From: Macrostomum lignano
Lineage: Eukaryota
Direction of reading: 5' to 3'
Assembly (NCBI GenBank): GCA_002269645.1
Contig: NIVC01000862.1
Coordinates: 62,001-126,000 of the forward strand
Length of the DNA: 64,000 nt
The translations under genes and the position numbers were made by a program. Of the stretch, positions 49,266 to 62,200 are shown one piece after another; the first letter of the stretch is position 1; every line of letters starts with the position of its first letter. Below the pieces are notes generated by a model that was not told the origin of the DNA, did not search any database, and was given only the letters and a program-made list of their open reading frames with translations.

Positions 49266-49402
49266 CTTAAAGTGCTATTCTACAGCAAGGGCTACTCAGT
49301 TAAAAATTCTATAACAGCAATGGCCCGCTTAGTTATTAACTACATGGCAACAATTGCCCTATACTCGTCTTACTGTATCATAGAGCACTACAGCTTACAA
49401 AG

Positions 49403-51213
49403 TGTCAGTCAGAGTGGTGTAGCGAGCCTGGCCCCGGCGGAGTATCCCAAAGGGAGGGCTGAGCAGCAGGTCAGCGAGCGGTTTGATGGAGCCTCGTGCG
49501 TGGGATGCACAGGGCGTTGCGCAGGCGGTGGTGATGGCAGGCCTCCAAGCTCGCCTCCCGAGTGGCAGTCATGGTACCAGCCTCCAGCCCGTAGGTCAGC
49601 ACTGTTTCAACTGCCGAGCGAAATAGGGCGGTCCTTCAGGCTTTCGGTGGCGAGCCAGCAGTTGAAGATGGAGCGGAGAAGGTGGGAGTCCCGCCACGCC
49701 AGCTGCTTGCGGTTGTTGACAATGGCATCCAGGTCAGTGACCAGGACACCCAGATACTTGAACTGGTTGCACGTGGCGATTGTGTTGCCGTCCGGTAGAA
49801 GCAGCGGAGGCCGTAGGTGGCGATGCCAACATGCAGCACCTGTCTTGCCGTAGTTGATGCGGAGTCTCACGCGCTTCCCCTCGTCGGCCAGCCGGCTCAC
49901 CGCCCTCTGCGCAGCTTCGGGACTGCAGCAGGTCAGCGCCAGGTCGTCAGTGTAGGCGAGTCAGGTCAGCTTGACACAGGGAAAGAGGGAGCTACGGTCA
50001 GGCACCACTTCATAGCCGTGCAGCAAAGTCAAAAGCTTTGCAGACATCTAAAAATACAATTGAGACTGAATCATTCACCAAATAGCAACGACTTGTTTTG
50101 CTGTTGACCGTCCAGGTCGGTCGGAAGCCGCTCAGGATGTTGAGAAGCCTCTGGTGGATTGTGGGCTGAATGCGTTTACTAAGAATGATGTTGAGGATTT
50201 TGGCCAGAGTGCACTCTACAGCGATGCCGCGCAAGTTTTCGAAGCCGCTAGAGTTGCTCTTCAATTGGGAATGGCCACGATCCTGGAAGTTCTCCATCGC
50301 TCTGGGGCACTAGCAGTTGAGTCCCCGCCCAGGCAGCATGAGCGGTTGAGGATTCCGGTGATGACAAGCACCAGCTCGGGCATCTTCAGGACACGCGGTG
50401 GGATGTCATCGAGTTCCGCTACTGGATCAGCCCGCATGGCTATTATAGGGGCTTGGAAAATTTATCCACGGAGATTGAAGCGCAATTGAAATCGGATGGG
50501 CAGGCAGGTGTGGAGTCAGCGAGCGGGCAGAGAGAAGCGCTGGGAGCTGGGGCATTGAGCACAAGATGGAAGTGGCCCGCAATCAGCTGTAGGCGGTGCT
50601 CGATAGAGTCAGCGTTGATGATAGCAGTGATATTGATGATCGATGTCCAGTGTGGCGGTTGATGGTGCTCCGTCTCCGTCACAGCTTCTTGGGTGGCTCG
50701 TTCTATTTTTAGAACTGACGTCACTTGAGGTCTCCGGCCAGAGTACACGCGGCTGTGACTCAGTTGCTATTTTTAGTAACATGAGTCACTCCTCTCCTTA
50801 GAGAAGGGAGGGGTCCGAAAGCACGTGATTCTCCCGGTAAACAGGGCCAACGAGTGCAGTAAACATGTTTACTGCACTTTAGGACTCGAAGAACGCAGAG
50901 TCTGTCATGTGACTTGCTCACATGACAGAGGAAAACGGGATGGGAACGAAACAGAGACAGCCCACAGCAGAGAAGCTGAGGGCTGAGAACAGAGACGCAG
51001 AAGGGCAGAACAGGCCAAGGGCAGCAACAGACGGGCAAGGGGGGGGGCGGGAAGCTGACCAGCGGCAGACAGCAACCCAGGGCGAGGGCGAGGGCAAGGG
51101 CGACTGCTGACAAAGTGCGACGCCTAACACCAACTAGCGGATCACTACAACAGCAGATTTTTTCTAAACTGCTCAAGATGTCTGCATAGTCCATAGTGGT
51201 CATAAATGTGTCA
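49403..51213 (-). mobile_element. RTE-like remnant (paralog of 14306-16136)
   Basis: Same RT fragments; TTACAAAG at 49395-49402 and 51214-51221; TGAC-type tail on the minus strand. Confidence 0.8.
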
Positions 51214-52759
51214 TTACAAAGCCACTGCTACAGAGTGGCCTGGAGCAGTATACCGAGTCTCTTTGTATAAAGATCTTTAGTCTAACAACGATTCTGGGGT
51301 ATTCGGTTCGGCAGGGCTGCTATAAAGACAACGGCTTCAATGATGCTATACTCCTTAAACGTACAAGGAATCTAGTTTCATTTTGCTGCTCATTATATAG
51401 GTGTATTCAAGTTATTCGAACGCTTTAGAAAATATTTTGTTAAAACTCTTTTTGGGCTATAGTACTCAGCTGAGCCTTGAGAAATTTGTCTGTCTTTCCG
51501 CTGCTTAACTATTTGTCATTGTCTGACTTTCAGGCCTCTACATCTGTTTTGCTCCACTGCCTGTCCTGTCAGGTGCGCTAGCTGCACATTTTTAAACAAA
51601 ATTCGTAACACGAACTGTTGGATAGGTGATCCGCCAAAGCAGTCACTTCACACTACAGACTTCCAATTTAATAATCCCATTTATTGCTAATTTCATAAAG
51701 TTGGGAATTGAATCTAATGCACGTCCGTTAGTTCAGTTGCTCGATTGAATCAGATTAACTTATCAATCAATGTTACGAGCGACAATAATGCAACGGCTTG
51801 TTTATACACACCAGTTCTATTAGGAAGTGTTAATTTAATTGTCTTGCAGGTGTTTAAAGTTAAACATATTGTAAAATTGCAGACTGTTTCAGTTTAAAAA
51901 TGACTGCTTAGTTGAAGGCCTGGAAGTCAATAAAAGTTATACATTAGGTAGACTGCTTAAGTAGGCTCTCTGAGCACGGCTTTGATTTTGAGTTTTGAAG
52001 CTTCTTCTGAATCAACAAGTCTAAAAATAGAAACAAGCTAGTTATCACCAAAAAGAAACTGGTTAAATAGAAGGCTTCGAAAGTGCAAGTCTGGAGAGCT
52101 GGAAACTCGAAAATTCAGATGAATGGCAAAGATTCAAAAATGAGCAGGCCAAACATTTTTTATCGGACAAAACGTAGCAATAGTGAATAACATGTCAAAA
52201 TTTACAAGATATAGAGCTCAGAAAACAATGGCATCAGTTTATTTGAGTAACTGTGTTTTCCTGTTCAACCACGGTACTCACGACAGCGTTCAGGAACAAT
52301 TGACTATTATTTCAAAGCCATCTTGGGTCATTTATTTGCAAACCTGGATTTATAATTCAAAGTTTATATTTATAATTCAAAGTTTATAATTCTAAGGAAA
52401 CTTGCTTGGGAATGCAAAGTCTGCTCACAGGTTTACAGCAGTGGCACCTGCATCTGCTGCTAAAAATAGAAACAGTCTCTTCAAGCAGCGACAATAGGAA
52501 CAGACCACCTTGCTTCTAAAAATAGAAACAGTCTCCGTAAGCACTGGAAAAGTGCTTACATCGCAGCGAAAAATCAGCAGCCTCCTCTCGTCTCGAATGG
52601 GGCTATGCGGTCAGACCAGCTCTACGCTAAAGTACAGATAACAAAGCTGAGGTTTGCTGGCCAAGCCAGCAGCGTGACGCAGTTGACTCGCATTCTCTTA
52701 GTGGCACAGAGAGGGACTGCTTGAGCGATAACCCTGAACCGTTCAAACTATGCATTGCT

Positions 52760-53449
52760 CTGCATTTTGTCAGCTAACCTGCTTGCTATAAAATACACTG
52801 CTTTAAATACGCTCGTGATTTGCGGTACAGAGAATTCTGAGCTGCGAGCCTCACACTCGGTAATAAGGACTGTTATAGTCTCATAGGGAATATTGCTATG
52901 GTTTCCAGGCTCGTGGGAGAATTGCTGAGATATCAAGGCTTACTCTGAGTTTCTCAGATGTAAAATGGGGAGTTGCTGAGATATTAAGACCCATGGGGAA
53001 ATTGTTGTGATGGGATGAGTGAATTGCGTTGATGTCAAAGCTCACGGGAGATCCCTAAAATGCTCTTGGGGGAATTGTTGAGTGCTGAGACCTCAGAATT
53101 CTGTGGCTAACACTCATGGGGGAATTGTTGAAGCACCCAGATGCTGAGATGCATGCCAGGGTTCAATTTGAAGTTGTTGGTGGGCCAAGAAAAAGGAATA
53201 TCACAGAGAATGAGGGTTAGGTCATGGCTTAAAAGAAGTCTGGATGCCAAAGCTCACAGGGGACGCTGCTTTAGGCCAGATAGCTGGCTTTTGGAGCTGT
53301 TGCTTTTTGCTTTTAGCATCATTTTCCTTAGGATTCTGACCATGGCAACTATGCAAGGTCAAAACTACATGCAGTTTATTAAAAAAATATTGTAACACTT
53401 TATTCCTTTTTTGTTGCCTTTGCATAACGGGATCGGCGCAGATTTATAG
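52760..53449 (+). mobile_element. Older Helitron 3' fragment (paralog of 28400-29105)
   Basis: Near-identical to the first copy, but terminal CTAG reads ATAG. Confidence 0.5.
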
Positions 53450-53694
53450 TTTGTTGCTTAAAATAGAAACAGTCTCTTGAATCGGCTACAATAGAAACAA
53501 ACCACCTTGATGCTAAAAATAAAAAAATGGAATTGCCGCGGATTTTCTCAGACAAAGTTCCCTTAAAATTTCTTTATTTAAACCCCCGAATGCCGCTTCA
53601 GAAAGTCACAGAATGAAAGCCTTTTCTGTTGTATCAGACTTTCATTGAGAATATATTTTTTCTTTGAAACTTGCAGCTTCTATTTTAAAGCAAC

Positions 53695-53779
53695 ATGAAA
53701 CCAAACATTGCTTCAGTCGCTGGAGACTTCGGCTGGCAACTACTGTGTCTGTTTCTGCTTGTCGATGCGGGAAGCTGCG
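53695..53779 (+). CDS. Candidate signal-peptide exon of copy D
   Basis: Identical peptide to 29351-29435, with G|GTGAG phase-1 donor. Confidence 0.55.
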
Positions 53780-53866
53780 GTGAGCTGACTTTATACTTCT
53801 TGATACGAAGTACTCTGGCCGCTTCATTGAGTTGTTTTAGCCACCCGTTGGTTTTATTGACAAGCA

Positions 53867-56053
53867 CTAGAAATCTAGTGTCCCTCTTTTGGGCGCCTAA
53901 AAAGAAAAGAGCAAAACAGTATTCATGCGAACCCATTAAAAAGCACATTTTCTTAAAAACCAATTCCTTCTTCAGTTTAATAAATCACCTCATTCGAGTC
54001 AAATTGTCACGGACAAAGATGTTTGCTAAGAATTTCTTTTTTCCCAAAGTAGCAAAAATACAAGAAAATAAGGCCTTCACAAGGATAACAGGCATGGCCC
54101 CAAAATAGAAAACATCCCCAAGACAACAAGCATCCCCAGATAGAAAGCATCCCCAGATAGAAAGCATCCCCCAGATAGAAATCATTCCCAGATAGAAAGC
54201 ATCCCCAGATAGCAAGCAAGCAACACCAGATAGCAATATAGCATGGCATAGACAGCATACCAACAAGCAAGGAGCAAAATGATTCATGCAAATCCGTTAG
54301 AAAGCATATTTTCTAAGAACCAATTCTTCTTCAGTTCTATAAACCACCTTATTTGAGTAAAATACTTTTCTCATCTAGTGCAATGATCCTTTTCTCATCT
54401 AGTACAATAATCCTTTTCTCTACCTCTTCTAGTGCAATAATCCTTTTCTCATCTAGTACAATAATCCTTTTCTCATCTGATGCAATGATCCTTATCTCAT
54501 CTAGTACAATAATCCTTTTCTCTACCTCTTCTAGTGCAATAATCCTTTTCTCATCTAGTACAATAATCCTTTTCTCATCTAGTGCAATAATCCTTTTCTC
54601 ATCTAGTGCAATAATCCTTTTCTCATCTAGTGCAATAATCCTTTTCTCATCTGATGCAATAATCCTTATCTCATCTAGTACAATAATCCTTTTCTCTACC
54701 TCTTCTAGTGCAATAATCCTTTTCTCATCTAGTGCAATAATCCTTTTCTCATCTAGTACAATAATCCTTTTCTCATCTGATGCAATGATCCTTATCTCAT
54801 CTAGTACAATAATCCTTTTCTCTACCTCTTCTAGTGCAATAATCCTTTTCTCATCTAGTACAATAATCCTTTTCTCATCTAGTGCAATAATCCTTTTCTC
54901 ATCTAGTGCAATAATCCTTTTCTCATCTAGTGCAATAATCCTTTTCTCATCTGATGCAATAATCCTTTTCTCATCTAGTACAATAATCCTTTTCTCTACC
55001 TCTTCTAGTGCAATAATCCTTTTCTCATCTAGTGCAATAATCCTTTTCTCTACCTCTTCTAGTGCAATAATCCTTTTCTCATCTAGTACAATAATCCTTT
55101 TCTCTACCTCTTCTAGTGCAATAATCCTTTTTCTCTACCTCTTCTAGTGCAATAATCCTTTTCTCTACCTCTTCTAGTGCAATAATCCTTTTCTCTACCT
55201 CTTCTAGTGCAATAATCCTTTTCTCATCTAGTGCAATAATCCTTTTCTCATCTAGTGCAATAATCCTTTTCTCATCTGATGCAATAATCCTTTTCTCATC
55301 TAGTACAATAATCCTTTTCTCTTCTAGTGCAATAATCCTTTTCTCATCTAGTGCAATAATCCTTTTCTCATCTGATGCAATGATCCTTTTCTCATCTAGT
55401 ACAATAATCCTTTTCTCTACCTCTTCTAGTGCAATAATCCTTTTCTCATCTAGTTCAATAATCCTTTTCTCTACCTCTTCTAGTGCAATAATCCTTTTCT
55501 CATCTAGTTCAATAATCATTTTCTCTACCTCTTCTAGTGCAATAATCCTTTTCTCATCTAGTGCAATAATCCTTTTCTCATCTAGTGCAATAATCCTTTT
55601 CTCATCTAGTGCAATAATCCTTTTCTCATCTAGTGCAATAATCCTTTTCTCATCTAGTGCAATAATCCTTTTCTCATCTAGTGCAATAATCCTTTTCTCA
55701 TCTAGTACAATAATCCTTTTCTCTACCTCTTCTAGTGCAATAATCCTTGTCTTTAATAAATCCTTTAATAAAAGATTTCAAAACAAATATACATATATAT
55801 TTTATACTACTAAGCTTCGAACCCAGGTCGCTGCATTAGCATTTCAGTCTGTTCACATCTAGGCTAGCTCTCATCGAATTGTACAATGAGTTGTAGCACT
55901 TATAATTCAACACTCACACCAAGTCAGTTAGATTAAAAGTCACACGAAGCAGTTATACCTCGTAATACAATTAATTTCTGAGGCAAGTCAGTATCAGTCT
56001 TGATTGAAGTTAGCAATATGGTTATGCAATATAAAACAAGTATTGTGTTATGA
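53867..56053 (-). mobile_element. Helitron 3 paralog
   Basis: Same termini and modules as 29523-31794. Confidence 0.7.
54365..55750. repeat. 24/33-bp minisatellite (paralog of 30020-31490)
   Basis: Same units with different order and number. Confidence 0.93.
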
Positions 56054-56255
56054 TTTGTACTGTGCTAGCACTACTCCCCTATATTAGCCCCACTCCCCTA
56101 TATTAGCCCCACTCTCCTATATTAGCCCCACTCCCCTATATTAGCCCCACTCCCCTATATTAGCCCCACTCTCTCAGATTAGTTTCACTTCCCCGATATT
56201 AGCACTCCGCCCAGATTAACACTACCCCCCATATTAGCTCCTCTCTCCATATTAG

Positions 56256-59200
56256 CCCCACATCCCCCAGATTTGCTTCACTCCCTCCCTGATAAGCACT
56301 ACTCCCACCCAGATAAGCAACACTTTCACCCTGATAAGCACTACTCCCACCCAGATAAGCAACACTTCCACCCTGATAAGCATCACTCCCACCCAGATAA
56401 GCAACACTTCCACCCTGATAAGCACTACTCCCACCCAGATAAGCATCACTCCCACCCAGATAAGCAACACTTCCACCCTGATAAGCACTACTCCCACCCA
56501 GATAAGCAACACTTCCACCCTGATAAGCACTACTCCCACCCAGATAAGCAACACTTCCACCCTGATAAGCATCACTCCCACCCAGATAAGCAACACTTCC
56601 ACCCTGATAAGCATCACTCCCACCCAGATAAGCAACACTTCCACCCTGATAAGCATCACTCCCACCCAGATAAGCAACACTTCCACCCTGATAAGCATCA
56701 CTCCCACCCAGATAAGCAACACTTCCACCCTGATAAGCATCACTCCCACCCAGATAAGCAACACTTCCACCCTGATAAGCACTACTCCCACCCAGATAAG
56801 CAACACTTCCACCCTGATAAGCACTACTCCCACCCAGATAAGCAACACTTCCACCCTGATAAGCAACACTTCCACCCAGATAAGCATCACTTCCACCCTG
56901 ATAAGCATCACTCCCACCCTGATAAGCAACACTTCCACCCTGATAAGCACTACTCCCACCCAGATAAGCAACACTTCCACCCTGATAAGCACTACTCCCA
57001 CCCAGATAAGCAACACTTCCACCCTGATAAACATCACTCCCACCCAGATAAGCAACACTTCCACCCTGATAAGCACTACTCCCACCCAGATAAGCAACAC
57101 TTCCACCCTGATAAGCACTACTCCCACCCAGATAAGCAACACTTCCACCCTGATAAGCACTACTCCCACCCAGATAAGCAACACTTCCACCCTGATAAGC
57201 ACTACTCCCACCCAGATAAGCAACACTTCCACCCTGATAAGCACTACTCCCACCCAGATAAGCAACACTTCCACTCTGATAAGCACTACTCCCACCCAGA
57301 TAAGCAACACTTCCACCCTGATAAGCACTACTCCCACCCAGATAAGCAACACTTCCACCCTGATAAGCATCACTCCCACCCAGATAAGCAACACTTCCAC
57401 CCTGATAAGCACTACTCCCACCCAGATAAGCAACACTTCCACCCAGATAAGCACCACTCCCACCCAGATAAGCATCACTCCCACCCAGATAAGCACTACT
57501 CCCACCCAGATAAGCATCACTCCCACCCAGATAAGCACCACTCCCACCCTGATAAGCACCACTCCCACCCAGATAAGCAACACTTTCACACTGATAAGCA
57601 ACACTCCCACCCAGCTAAGCACTACTCCCACCCAGATAAGCAACACTTCCACCCAGCTAAGCACTACTCCCACCCAGATAAGCATCACTCCCACCCAGAT
57701 AAGCACCACTCCCACCCTGATAAGCACCACTCCCACCCAGATAAGCAACACTTCCACCCTGATAAGCAACACTCCCACCCAGCTAAGCACTACTCCCACC
57801 CAGATAAGCAACACTTCCACCCAGCTAAGCACTACTCCCACCCAGATAAGCAACACTTCCACCCTGATAAGCATCACTCCCACCCAGATAAGCAACACTT
57901 CCACCCTGATAAGCACTACTCCCACCCAGATAAGCAACACTTCCACCCTGATAAGCATCACTCCCACCCAGATAAGCAACACTTCCACCCTGATAAGCAC
58001 TACTCCCACCCAGATAAGCATCACTTCCACCCTGATAAGCACTACTCCCACCCAGATAAGCAACACTTCCACCCTGATAAGCATCACTCCCACCCAGATA
58101 AGCAACACTTCCACCCTGATAAGCATCACTCCCACCCAGATAAGCAACACTTCCACCCTGATAAGCATCACTCCCACCCAGATAAGCAACACTTCCACCC
58201 TGATAAGCATCACTCCCACCCAGATAAGCAACACTTCCACCCTGATAAGCATCACTCCCACCCAGATAAGCAACACTTCCACCCTGATAAGCATCACTCC
58301 CACCCAGATAAGCAACACTTCCACCCTGATAAGCATCACTCCCACCCAGATAAGCAACACTTCCACCCTGATAAGCATCACTCCCACCCAGATAAGCAAC
58401 ACTTCCACCCTGATAAGCACTACTCCCACCCAGATAAGCAACACTTCCACCCTGATAAGCACTACTCCCACCCAGATAAGCAACACTTCCACCCTGATAA
58501 GCATCACTCCCACCCAGATAAGCAACACTTCCACCCTGATAAGCACTACTCCCACCCAGATAAGCATCACTCCCACCCAGATAAGCAACACTTCCACCCT
58601 GATAAGCACTACTCCCACCCAGATAAGCAACACTTCCACCCTGATAAGCACTACTCCCACCCAGATAAGCAACACTTCCACCCTGATAAGCATCACTCCC
58701 ACCCAGATAAGCAACACTTCCACCCTGATAAGCATCACTCCCACCCAGATAAGCAACACTTCCACCCTGATAAGCACTACTCCCACCCAGATAAGCATCA
58801 CTTCCACCCTGATAAGCACTACTCCCACCCAGATAAGCAACACTTCCACCCTGATAAGCATCACTCCCACCCAGATAAGCAACACTTCCACCCTGATAAG
58901 CATCACTCCCACCCAGATAAGCAACACTTCCACCCTGATAAGCACTACTCCCACCCAGATAAGCAACACTTCCACCCTGATAAGCACTACTCCCACCCAG
59001 ATAAGCATCACTTCCACCCTGATAAGCACTACTCCCACCCAGATAAGCAACACTTCCACCCTGATAAGCATCACTCCCACCCAGATAAGCAACACTTCCA
59101 CCCTGATAAGCATCACTCCCACCCAGATAAGCAACACTTCCACCCTGATAAGCATCACTCCCACCCAGATAAGCAACACTTCCACCCTGATAAGCATCAC

Positions 59201-62200
59201 TCCCACCCAGATAAGCAACACTTCCACCCTGATAAGCATCACTCCCACCCAGATAAGCAACACTTCCACCCTGATAAGCACTACTCCCACCCAGATAAGC
59301 AACACTTCACCCTGATAAGCACTACTCCCACCCAGATAAGCAACACTTCCACCCTGATAAGCATCACTCCCACCCAGATAAGCAACACTTCCACCCTGAT
59401 AAGCACTACTCCCACCCAGATAAGCATCACTCCCACCCAGATAAGCAACACTTCCACCCTGATAAGCACTACTCCCACCCAGATAAGCAACACTTCCACC
59501 CTGATAAGCACTACTCCCACCCAGATAAGCAACACTTCCACCCTGATAAGCATCACTCCCACCCAGATAAGCAACACTTCCACCCTGATAAGCATCACTC
59601 CCACCCAGATAAGCAACACTTCCACCCTGATAAGCACTACTCCCACCCAGATAAGCAACACTTCCACCCTGATAAGCACTACTCCCACCCAGATAAGCAA
59701 CACTTCCACCCTGATAAGCACTACTCCCACCCAGATAAGCAACACTTCCACCCTGATAAGCATCACTCCCACCCAGATAAGCAACACTTCCACCCTGATA
59801 AGCATCACTCCCACCCAGATAAGCAACACTTCCACCCTGATAAGCATCACTCCCACCCAGATAAGCAACACTTCCACCCTGATAAGCATCACTCCCACCC
59901 AGATAAGCAACACTTCCACCCTGATAAGCATCACTCCCACCCAGATAAGCAACACTTCCACCCTGATAAGCATCACTCCCACCCAGATAAGCAACACTTC
60001 CACCCTGATAAGCATCACTCCCACCCAGATAAGCAACACTTCCACCCTGATAAGCATCACTCCCACCCAGATAAGCAACACTTCCACCCTGATAAGCACT
60101 ACTCCCACCCAGATAAGCAACACTTCCACCCTGATAAGCACTACTCCCACCCAGATAAGCAACACTTCCACCCAGATAAGCATCACTCCCACCCAGATAA
60201 GCAACACTTCCACCCTGATAAGCACTACTCCCACCCAGATAAGCATCACTCCCACCCAGATAAGCAACACTTCCACCCTGATAAGCATCACTCCCACCCA
60301 GATAAGCAACACTTCCACCCTGATAAGCATCACTCCCACCCAGATAAGCAACACTTCCACCCTGATAAGCACTACTCCCACCCAGATAAGCAACACTTCC
60401 ACCCTGATAAGCATCACTCCCACCCAGATAAGCAACACTTCCACCCTGATAAGCATCACTCCCACCCAGATAAGCAACACTTCCACCCTGATAAGCATCA
60501 CTCCCACCCAGATAAGCAACACTTCCACCCTGATAAGCACTACTCCCACCCAGATAAGCAACACTTCCACCCTGATAAGCACTACTCCCACCCAGATAAG
60601 CAACACTTCCACCCTGATAAGCACTACTCCCACCCAGATAAGCAACACTTCCACCCTGATAAGCATCACTCCCACCCAGATAAGCAACACTTCCACCCTG
60701 ATAAGCATCACTCCCACCCAGATAAGCAACACTTCCACCCTGATAAGCATCACTCCCACCCAGATAAGCAACACTTCCACCCTGATAAGCATCACTCCCA
60801 CCCAGATAAGCAACACTTCCACCCTGATAAGCATCACTCCCACCCAGATAAGCAACACTTCCACCCTGATAAGCACTACTCCACCCAGATAAGCATCACT
60901 CCCACCCAGATAAGCAACACTTCCACCCTGATAAGCACTACTCCCACCCAGATAAGCAACACTTCCACCCTGATAAGCACTACTCCCACCCAGATAAGCA
61001 ACACTTCCACCCTGATAAGCATCACTCCCACCCAGATAAGCAACACTTCCACCCTGATAAGCATCACTCCCACCCAGATAAGCAACACTTCCACCCTGAT
61101 AAGCATCACTCCCACCCAGATAAGCAACACTTCCACCCTGATAAGCATCACTTCCACCCAGATAAGCAACACTTCCACCCTGATAAGCATCACTCCCACC
61201 CAGATAAGCAACACTTCCACCCTGATAAGCACTACTCCCACCCAGATAAGCAACACTTCCACCCTGATAAGCACTACTCCCACCCAGATAAGCAACACTT
61301 CCACCCTGATAAGCACACTTCCACCCAGATAAGCAACACTTCCACCCTGATAAGCATCACTCCCACCCAGATAAGCAACACTTCCACCCTGATAAGCACT
61401 ACTCCCACCCAGATAAGCAACACTTCCACCCTGATAAGCACTACTCCCACCCAGATAAGCAACACTTCCACCCTGATAAGCATCACTCCCACCCAGATAA
61501 GCAACACTTCCACCCTGATAAGCACTACTCCCACCCAGATAAGCAACACTTCCACCCTGATAAGCACTACTCCCACCCAGATAAGCAACACTTCCACCCT
61601 GATAAGCACTACTCCCACCCAGATAAGCAACACTTCCACCCTGATAAGCACTACTCCCACCCAGATAAGCAACACTTCCACCCTGATAAGCATCACTCCC
61701 ACCCAGATAAGCAACACTTCCACCCTGATAAGCACTACTCCCACCCAGATAAGCAACACTTCCACCCTGATAAGCATCACTCCCACCCAGATAAGCAACA
61801 CTTCCACCCTGATAAGCACTACTCCCACCCAGATAAGCAACACTTCCACCCTGATAAGCACTACTCCCACCCAGATAAGCAACACTTCCACCCTGATAAG
61901 CATCACTCCCACCCAGATAAGCAACACTTCCACCCTGATAAGCACTACTCCCACCCAGATAAGCAACACTTCCACCCTGATAAGCACTACTCCCACCCAG
62001 ATAAGCAACACTTCCACCCTGATAAGCACTACTCCCACCCAGATAAGCAACACTTCCACCCTGATAAGCACTACTCCCACCCAGATAAGCAACACTTCCA
62101 CCCTGATAAGCATCACTCCCACCCAGATAAGCAACACTTCCACCCTGATAAGCACTACTCCCACCCAGATAAGCAACACTTCCACCCTGATAAGCACTAC

